From: Lama guanicoe
Taxonomy: Eukaryota
Direction of reading: 5' to 3'
Assembly (NCBI GenBank): GCA_013239625.1
Contig: MU053881.1
Location: forward strand, 7,463,957 to 7,523,956
DNA: 60,000 nt
Every line of letters starts with the position of its first letter. Positions within the stretch are counted from its first letter, which is position 1. Positions 50,026-60,000 of the stretch are shown here, piece by piece. A model generated the notes under the pieces. It did not search any database, had not been told where the DNA came from, and saw nothing but the letters and a program-made list of their open reading frames with translations. Made by a program: the position numbers and the translations under genes.

Positions 50026-53000
50026 TGGAATATAACACAGCAACTATGTGGAAAGGGGACAAGGATATATTCAGTAGAGGAGAGTCGATTTCAGAGAAAG
50101 CTGGCATAGTTACAGAAGACTGGAGTGTGCAAGGACAAATATAGGTAGAAAGCTTAGAATGACATTTGAAAGGACATATACAAAATATATTGTATCAGAG
50201 GTTACTCTTAGGTGATTTTCACTTTCTCTTTTGTAATTCCTTAGAACCTAAGGTATTTTTTTAAAGTGGCCAACTTTTAGCCTCTGTGTGCTTTGATAAA
50301 TGTTGAGGCATTCCTCTTTGACTCCAATGGCACTTGGTTTTCCCCGCTAATGTTTTCTACAAGCCAGGGCTGTCCTAAATTTAAGTTGTTCAGTAGTTTA
50401 ATGTTTGTTCCATACCTGTATTTTAGTGCAACCCTTGATCTAACTATCCTGGAAGTTGTAATTAAGGAGATACATGGGGATATGGAGATGTAATACTGAA
50501 ATGATTGTAATAGACATGGTCACTGGGCTGACCCAAGAGCCACTGAAGGGATCTCCACTCGACAGGCTGGAGAAGCTGGATACTCGCTCTTGCAGGCCCT
50601 TTTGGACCTACAGTTGGCCGTGTGTGACACATGAGGCCAAAGGGGCTGGTTGCTGCACAAGCTTCTGTAAAATACCGTGTTTTCCTGGAAGAAAGACCAA
50701 ACCTAACTGGCACTGCTCCCCTCTCTCCTGAGTCATTCGGCAAGTTGTGAGGATAAGATTTTTGCACCCATCATGTAACCATGAGGGAAGATCGAGAGAT
50801 AGTCTGACCCTAACTTATAGTGTGGCTGAACCAAGTCCAGCTGAAGTCTGCCTCTAGACTTGTTTTTTGGGAGAAAGAAAACCTTATTTGTTTAAGCCAC
50901 CATCAACTCTTGTATTGGTTGCACCAAGCATATTCCCAATGGATACAGCACTCAGAATGCTCATATACTATTCTTTCTTGCGTTTAAAATATGTTTTGTA
51001 TCTTACCTTGCATAGAAATATTTTTGAATCATTTTTATGGACTACTAAAGACTGCAACTAGAACTGAAATTAGAATAATTCAAATTTGAGTTCGCCTGGT
51101 TAAATTTCTTCTTTTCACATAAACAAAAAATTAATATTTAGGGAGAGTAAATGATTAGCATACAGTTATGGGACTAGTGGTTAATTGTAAAAATCATTTT
51201 TAGAATTTTGCATGGCGTCACTTTCAGATGGCTGTTTCTGATGACTACGTATCCTAAGTCATAAGGTGTATGAAGTACAGGATGATAGACTATGAACATC
51301 CCACAGCATCTCAGTAGATACACTGCCTGACAAGAAATATGTCTGCTTTTTACCCTGAGCATGGGAACTGCTGGCTGATGGATTCACAGAGGATACAAAT
51401 GGAAGAATGCTTGTCCTGGTGTGTTGGTAGCTGTTCTTCATTATAGGCACTCAAAGAGTCATTTTGTTGGATGATTTTGGCCACTGATAGAGGCTGAGAT
51501 GTGCAAGCGTATGACAGCCAGTGCAGCAGTGAACTCATTATTTTTGTCTAAAAGGTCAGCGCAGCCTCTGCTGGAACATCTTTTTGGGATTTCTGTATCA
51601 CTCACAGCTAATGGGTCTGGACTTGCCACTTACATTTCCAAAGTGAATTCCAGCGATATAATATCATTTTAGAATGAAGCCTTAAAAAGGAAGAAGGTGG
51701 ATGCTGAGGTCATAATATGGAAACCTTTCCACAAGATGTTTATTCAAATAGCTGCATTTGAATGTGTACCAAGGAGGTCTTTTCCTCCTGGTTAAGCAGT
51801 AAGATGATGCAAAAAAAAAAAAAATCAGAAGACAGAGCTATATCCTAAACACTTGTGAGTTCAGCTCTCAGCTCAGAAGTCACCGCCAGTGGAGCGTTCC
51901 CTGATCCTTCAGTCGGAGGCAGCCCCACAGCCACTCTAAGGTATCACTCCATTCTGGTTTCTTCTAGGCAGTTGTCACCATCTGACCATTATTTTATTAA
52001 TTTTGTTCCTTTTTCAATGTCTCTCACCCCTTACTAACTAGCTAACTTACTAAGAGGCAGCGGGACCCACTCTGTCTTGTTCACCGTGGCACACCCAGCT
52101 AAGATGCCAGGTTCCAGAGTAGGAGTTCAATAAATATTTGTTGAATGAATTAAAGAATGACTATGATGCTCTCTCTAACGACTTTGGCTAATTAGTCAAG
52201 TCAATAAATTGTCTTTTATGGGTGAAATAGAAGATGGAGTCTCTCTTTTCAATTTTGAGGATGGTATTGATTTATGTATTAGCCAAGCACTCATGCATCT
52301 CAGTCCAAAGAGTTATAATGTAAATATATGGGAAAATATCAGAGCAATTAGAATTAGCACATGCCTTAGTCACAATAAAATGCATATTTGTCTGTGTGTG
52401 TGTGTGTACGCATATAGATCAGACTTATATAACTTGGTTTTGCCTGAGTGGCCAATGGGAGCAAGAGCCTGATACTGTGCCCATGAGAGAAGAACCTGGA
52501 GAGAGCCTTGAAGTGCCTCACCCACCCTCAAGATGGAAAGCGTGTGGGATGCGGTGTAGCAAGGGCATTATTCAGCTCCAAAGAGCAGCTAAGCCGCCAA
52601 CAAACTGAATTTTCAGAGTAAGGTGAACGTTAATTACTAATGTCAAGATTAGAGTTTGCTTTTTCTGCAGATTCCATGAGGTCTCTAAGCAACTTGATCT
52701 TTGAATTCCCAAGGTACTGAAAATCTGCAGAGGAGAGATTATTATCTTAATGTTGCAAGAATCTCTACCTTGAGTGCTGCCAAGTAAAAATCTAGCTTAA
52801 TGACACAGACCACAAGGAATATTTCTGGGGTTTTTTTTCAAAGAGCTAACATTTAATACATAGTTTAAGTTGATAATTGTAACTGTAAATGCTTCCAAAA
52901 TTCTATGAGTATACAAGGTGCCTTACCTGAGTTTAGAGAAACAACTGTGTAATCACCAAAATTGGATATTGATTTTAGAAAGCCTTTCCATGTGCTACTT

Positions 53001-55329
53001 TTTAAAAGTATTTGGCACTTTAAAAATGTTTGTCATTTTAACAGAGAAGCACTTCCCAGAAGAGGAATTTGGCTCCCGGAAGGCAAAAAGCTGAGTCCTC
53101 ATATTCAGTATTCATAAATATGAAGTCATCTCCTCTCTTGCCCCAGTCCATTAATACTGATTGCAGAGGATCCTTGGGAACGGAATCCAGATTGAATTAG
53201 CAGCATCCAAGGTTTGGAGTGAGTTACAAATGTCCAAGCAAAATCTGTTTGTTAGAGTGAAAATATTGTTTTTGGAATAGAGTCTCAGGCCACAGAAACA
53301 TAGGTGAAAAAAAAATGTAACACTTTTTATTTTTTTTTTAGCCTTTAACCCTCATCTCAGGGTTAAGTCCCCATTCTGTTGAGTGACATAAAACAAAAAG
53401 TCATTTGTGGGTAAGTCAGTCTTTCCAGGTTTCAGCTCAGTAAGTTGAGAGTTTTTCCATTCTTCTTTCTGGAGTGGCAGAAAGCATCCTGGCATCAGGG
53501 AGATGAGCCCTCAGCTGGGCAATTTACAGATCCCTCTGGAGCGCTGGAAATGATAAAGTTTGGCTGCTCTACTCTGCCTTGGGTAACGTGGCTGGCTGTC
53601 TCAAGCCCTCTTGGCCCTCAACACTCCACACAGCCCTCTTTACCTTATTCCTCCAGGCAAGGCTGCTACTGCCCAGGAATCCAGGTCAGAAGCGGAGCGC
53701 AGGTCCCCTCTGCTATCACATCTGAGTATTATTCTCTCTTTTGCAACAAACACCTGTTTGCTGAGAGCCCCTGATCAGCATCTCACTGTTTTGCTCTCCT
53801 TTCTGATTGTCTCTTTCTTCCCATCTCAAAAAGTGTGTTAATTTTGAAAACCTCAACCTTCAGGAAAGTTGTAAGACTAATATAATGAATATCTGTACAC
53901 CTTTTATCTAGACACACCATTAGCTAACTTTTTGTCTCATTTGCTCTATCTCTCTACACACACACACACACACACACACTTTCCCACCCCCACCCCCACC
54001 CCCCACGGATCAGTAAAGAGCTAGTTGCCTACATCATGTCATTTAACACTAAAATACCTCACCATGTGTCTCCCAAGAGCAAGGCATCTTCTACCTTATC
54101 ACATTTGGGAATTTAGTGTGGACAAAATGCCTTTATTAGTATTGCTAACATAGATCTATATACAGAAATTTCCAATCATCTCAGCCATGCCCATTATGGA
54201 TATTTTTCCCTTTCTAATCTGGGATCCACTTCAGAATCACTCACTGCATTTAGTCATCATGGAGCTTTACTCCCCTTTGATTAAGAATATCCGCCCAGAG
54301 GAATTGTTTTCTCGTTCGAGTGCATGGAGGGAGAGACGGTGAAAGCAGGGAGGGAAAAACTCACTCTGTTCTTCAGGCAGAGCCCTTAGTTTTTAAAGGT
54401 CAAAAACCAAGAGATCAATTCTTTTGTCACTATTTATAATTTTGCTCCTAGACGCCTATCCTGTGGGCCGTGAGTGCCAGCAAAGGAAGGCTGGAGGGAG
54501 GATAAACCGTGCTAATTAGTATTACACTTTACCTTATTATCTTGCCCCCGTGTTATTACAGAAAAATGGATTTTTGTCTCCCATTAAAGTGCATTTTCTC
54601 CTTGGGAATTTTTGGTAGTCCTCCAGTGTCATCTCGTTCTTCCTTGTGGAACTCAGTCTTGAAGAATGACGTTCTTCAGTCTCATTTCCCTCCATCTCTC
54701 TGTCTCTGTCGCTGTCTCTCAGACTCCTTCCTACTCGTGTGTTATTGCAGCTGATGCCTTAGAGCAAATGCTTCAGTTGGCTTCTTGGTGGGACATCTTG
54801 GACACTGACTGCGTTTAGAAAGACAATCATGTGGGTCAGTTACGAAGTCAGTGATGTCACAGATGAAAATTTGCAGGACCTTGTAACAAAGTGAGTCGCT
54901 TTCAGGCAGATTTCCTGAATAGCTAAAAGCATCAGTAGCAGCTCACATTTAATGAAGCAAGTTAAGACTGTCTTTGCTTCCCGGTAGTCTCTGAAACTCT
55001 GAGCTCAGTTTATTCATTAGAGCTGATAACTTGCGAAGTTTAAATCAGTTGCAGATTTTCAGTATGACAACCTTGCTACTTTTGAAAAGCTTACATCATA
55101 AAACCAACAACTTTATGACAATGAACTAAGGGCCTTTTGTGCTGTTCTAGGCAGTATTTTATTTGACATCAGGGAGATGTTATGTAAATACTTCACTGAT
55201 AGAAATGCAAAAGAGTAATCACTCTTGTTCAGATAATGGCATAAACAGTTGAGCTCAGATTCTGGGATTTATTCAACTAACTCTCAAAATATGCTTTGCT
55301 GCTGCTGGGATGTGCAGAAAAATAAAAAG

Positions 55330-56200
55330 AAAAAAACTATCTTTGAAAAACAAGTCACAGACTGGGAAAACATATTCACTATACACCTACATAATAAAGG
55401 AGTTGTATCAGAATATGTAAAGAACTCTTACAGTTCAATAGTAAGAAGGGAAACGGTCCCATTAAAAATAGACAAAAGGTGCAGACAGACACTTTGGTTA
55501 ATAAGCAGACAAAAAGGTTGTCAATAACATGTCACTGGCAACATGTAAACTCTAATGAGATCCCACTTCAAAACCACTAGAATGAATAAAGTTAAAGAGA
55601 CTACTCAGACCAAGTATTAGCAATGTGTCTATCACTATGTGAATATATTCGTATGTCTGTACAGTGGGATACTGCTCTGAAAAACAATAAACAGAAATGA
55701 GGCAAACACCTGGACACATCTCAGAATACTTACACTGAGTGAAAAAAAGCCAGGCAAAGAAGAGTATACATACTGTATGATTCCTTTCACGTGAAATTCT
55801 AGGAAATGCAAAGTTATCTGTAGAGACAGAAATCATACCAGTAGGTGCCTGGAGATGGGGGGGGAGGGTGAGGCAGGGTGGGCTCCCCAGGGGCATGAAG
55901 GAACTTTGGAGGAAGGTGCATGTTTTAGTATCTTGGTTGTGGTGATGGTTCCACAGGTGGATAGCTGTGTCAGAACTCATCAAATTGTACACATTACATT
56001 TGTACAGTTCATTGTATGTCAGTTATCCCTCTATAAAGCTGTTTTATAAAAAAAAAGCATGGATTGGAAGAAAACGTTTGCAATACGTAAGACTAAAGAA
56101 GGACTAATATCTAGAATACTAAAAATAAAAAAAGTTTCCACAGATCAATAAGAAAAAAAGGCAACTCAATAGGAAAAATGGGCAAATACCTCTAATGGGA
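55330..56200 (+). mobile_element. Old L1M 3' fragments (nested)
   Basis: TDWENIF-like ORF2 tail and L1M 3'UTR (ATACTGTATGATTCC...AACTCATCAAATTGTACAC). Confidence 0.7.
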
Positions 56201-58084
56201 TTATATATTTGACCACAGTAGCACAGGAGTAAGAAGGCAGGATAAAAGTAAATGGATTTACGGTGTTTCTAACACCCTTGAGTTTCTTAGGTATTGACCA
56301 AAGTACTCATTTATATTAGATTTAAATACACTAAGAGTGAATTTCGTAGTTTCTAAGAAAACCACTATAATGTAAAAACACATGATGAACAAGAAATGAA
56401 AAATGGGAACATAATAAACCCCTTTTTTAAGCTTCCCACCCCAGGAGCTCTGACTTTAAATCTTCCCTATACCTCTCCACCCTCGGTTCACTGTTCCAAA
56501 CAGGACCAATGTGTGGATTGTTCAGATTTCTTACTTTTTGTTTTTTCTTCTTTCCAGTTTGGGGTAAGCATTGTGTGTGCATATGTATATATAATTTTGT
56601 TTTTTTATTTTTGCTGCTGCTGTTAATTACTATTGTTGTTGTTATTTCCTATGACTAATTATTTGCCCCATGCGAGAAGGAAAATTTAATCTGCTAATTA
56701 CCCAAAATGCAGGTAAAATACGCAGCTGAGAAGGAATTTGAAACTCATACTTCAAATGCATGATGCGTCTAGTTTTTATCTGTACTGACACAGTGTCGTT
56801 TTCTAGCAAACAGGTAACTGAGAGTTGCTGTGCTTTGCTTTCAGATTTATTGCCGGGTCAAAGGTAGGGTGCCTTCCCACTTAGGTGCTTTAGCCGCTTA
56901 ACGCAGGCTCCTGCCCTGAAGCCCGCGCTCATTGGCTCCCCTAGTTCTTTTCCTGCTCAGTCAGTACTGGCGGATGCCAGAGAGCCAGGTGAGAGGCTGT
57001 AAGTTTACAGCCTTGAATCTACAGTATCTCCACCAAATATTTATGACTTTTATAAATATTTATTTACTTTTTGTAATTTATTGCAAAATCATTACTACTA
57101 TTTTATCAAGTTGATCAAATATATATAATATATGTTTTTACTCGCGTATTTACTTTTGTTATTCATTACTTCCTAGTTCCTTGTGCTTCAGTCTGGCATC
57201 ATTTTCCTTCCACGTGAGTAACTTTATGATTTCTTTTATGGTGAATCTGCTGCTGACAAATTACCTCAGTATTTATTTGTATGAAAATGTCTTTATTTTT
57301 GCCTTCATTTCTAAAGGATATTTTTGTTGGGCATTGAAGTATAAATCGACAGTTATTTTCTTTCAGTGTTTTCCAGATATGCTTCCATTGTGCTCTGACT
57401 TCCATCATTTATGTTGTCAGTATCATTTTTGTCTCATTGGTTAGTAATGCATCTTTTTTTCTTTGTCGACTTTTTATTTTGAAAAAATTCAAAACAACAG
57501 AAAATCTGAAAAAGTAATACTAATATAGACCAATTTTTTTTAACATTTTCCACATTTGCCTTCTCTCTCTGCCCGCTTATATATATATATATATGGAGAG
57601 AGAGAGAGGGAGGGAGAGATAAAATACTAATACACACATACATGTGTGTATCAGTGCCTGTATGTGCACGGGAGTGTGTGTTAGATCTTTAGGAATATAT
57701 TACAGATGATTTCATTGCTGAATTCAGGTCTGTAGGTTGGGTTTCCTGGAAAGCTGACTCCGAGGACTCAGAGAGAATTTGTTATGCAAGATGTTTATTA
57801 AAGTGTTCCCTTGTAATCAGGGTCTGTGAAAGAGAGGGGAAGAAGCAGGAGCAGGAAGAACGATGTCCTTAAACTCACTATTTTGCCAATATTGGAAGTG
57901 CAAGTCAAGTATTTTTGAGGGTAGGAATTCTATCTTAACTGTGGGGAGGGAGTCTTTATTTTCCAGTGTCCCTTGCCTTACAGTTACGAGGTTGCCTAGG
58001 GAAGCAAAAATCATCATAGAATTAAAATATTCACTATGATGTTCAGTAATGAGCTATTTATAATATTTGTCCTCACTCAAAAAT

Positions 58085-58630
58085 CCAATCCTCGTAACAG
58101 TAGAATCTGTGTATCCTAATCCATCGCACCAACCAGTCTGTCGAGTTGTTTTGCTTCAGACATTCTCATGCTAGGCAGGATCCCTACCATGGGTTAGTCT
58201 GAAATTACAGTGTTAGCGAGGCTGTGATCTCATCTGAGGCTTGGAGTTTTCTTTCAAACTCAGTAGTTGGTGGGATTCAGTTTCTTGTGATTATAGGACT
58301 ATAATCTCCATTTATATAGTAGATTATATAGGATAGTCACTGTTTCTTGCTCGTTGCCAGCAGGGACAGCTCTCAGCTCCTAGAGGCTACCCTCAGGTCT
58401 TTGCCACATGTCCCCTTCCATGCCAGTTCACATGGGGCTGTTTGCTTCTTTAAGGCCAACTCACTCCAGTCTGCTATGACAGAGTCTCATATAACACAAC
58501 ATAATTGCAGGAATAACTAACCCATCATAGTTACAGTCCCCACCCACGCTCATAAGGAGAGAATTACCCAGCACATACACACCAGCAGGCAGGAATCCTG
58601 GGGGCTGCCTTAGAACTCTGTCTGCTGCAG
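58085..58630 (-). mobile_element. MLT1-type (MaLR) LTR
   Basis: GGCTGTGATCTCATCTGAGGCTTGG and CAGCTCCTAGAGGCTACCCTCAGGTCTTTGCCACATG signatures. Confidence 0.6.
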
Positions 58631-59689
58631 CAAGGTTTAATGACATTGATGAAAATGACGTTTGGAGAACTGCTTGATTCCTACCTAGATCACTGATCAG
58701 TGAGTAGACCAGTTAACAAAAGAAAACAAAACAAGACAGACCCCAAAATGAACAAAAATGGTGATATTTCAAAAGGGAATGATTTGGCTATCAGGGGATT
58801 AAGAGATGCCTTTAGAAAAAATTGTTAAATACCCTAGTTTTTACAAAAAACTGTTCAGATAATCAGCTTTGAAATAAAGGATATTGTATTAGGCTCTCGT
58901 AAAATTGTTAGAGAAATTTTGTGTCTCTAAACATAATAAAAAGGTGATTCATTCTTTGTCCTAATGATTAGAAGATAGTTACAATTTAAATTTTCTATGT
59001 TATAAAAATAAAAATGGAAGCAATTTTGTTTTTAAAATTTCATTTTTTAGGGTAAATCCCCAATCACATTTATCTATTACAATTTATTGTGAAATTTTGG
59101 TCCCATTTTGAGTTGATTTAATTTTTGTGGCCTTTATCTGGGCTCAGTTTCCCTTGGGTAATGAAGGTCTGCACTTGAAAAATATATCACGTTTGGGGAG
59201 ATGATCAGGTTTGATATATGACACTCAGGGACCATTTCTGTCTAATGATTAGCTATTATTCAAGGATACTGTGTAGTTAAGAGGACTAAATTATCATTTT
59301 TAGTATCTATAGATATTAGCTCAGCTGGTTAGACTGCCCATGAAACTATTCATTGAGCCATAATCTCAGTTTTTCCCCGGGGCCTGATATTCAAAACTAT
59401 TTACAAACAAGAAGCATGGGCGGTGACCAGTCAGAATGAATGCTTGCCATAAACAAATGGTAGGGCCATACTGGGGCATGTCAGGCAACTAAGCAAATGC
59501 CACCCTGTTTGGGATATTTCATTTCACTCTGGGCCAGTTGTCATACTGCATTTCAATCCCCAGCTTTCTTTATAAATGATTATGCTGATACCACACTAGC
59601 CAAAGGAAAAGGGTGAATTCCCTGTTAAACCATTTGAGAGTCTGCAGCTTAGTACTTAAGCATTTAAAATGGGAACTGTATTCAATATC

Positions 59690-59865
59690 TTATATAAACT
59701 ATAATGGAAAAAATTTTTTTTAAGAATATAGAAAAAAAATTTTAAAGAAAAAAGAATACAGATACACACACATATACACATCTGGATCACTTTGCTGTAC
59801 ACCTGAAACTAGCACAGTATTGTAAATCAACTGTTTACAAATCAACTTCAGTACAAAATTAAAAT
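59690..59865 (+). mobile_element. Short L1 3' end of cetartiodactyl type
   Basis: ATCACTTTGCTGTACACCTGAAACTAGCACAGTATTGTAAATCAACT followed by an A-rich tail. Confidence 0.7.
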
Positions 59866-60000
59866 GAAAGTGGAATTTTTAAAAAGACTCATGAAAACTC
59901 CCTCTTTCTCTCTCCTCTCAAACAACTCCATTTTTAATTTTTTTTGTCAAGAGGACATTCCCAAAGGGAAGAGTGAATAGCTAGGAAGAAGGGTGGGACT

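Overview
Mammalian genomic DNA, probably a cetartiodactyl and possibly a camelid (inferred from repeat content only). It contains the complete SPDL1 (Spindly/CCDC99) gene on the minus strand: a CpG promoter and non-coding exon 1 near 29.8 kb, then 11 coding exons from 25948 down to 9554. The hand-assembled CDS is 1812 nt (603 aa), with a CC1 box, a Spindly motif and a C-terminal CPQQ CAAX box. Downstream of the gene lies a decayed class I (gamma-type) ERV at 1517-6632 that lacks gag/pro/RT. Its two LTRs have evolved very differently: the 3' LTR is a CpG-island-like, minisatellite-expanded, YY1/GC-box-bearing candidate promoter facing the SPDL1 3' end. The upstream 30 kb has no recognisable gene and consists of old repeats plus candidate enhancers. 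I see no clear novel multi-gene system. The best leads are the ERV 3' LTR, a possible CAAX-less, hydrophobic-tailed Spindly isoform from exon-11 read-through, and a tail-less, internally deleted L1 with target-site duplications. Repeat family names and most repeat boundaries are by eye and approximate.
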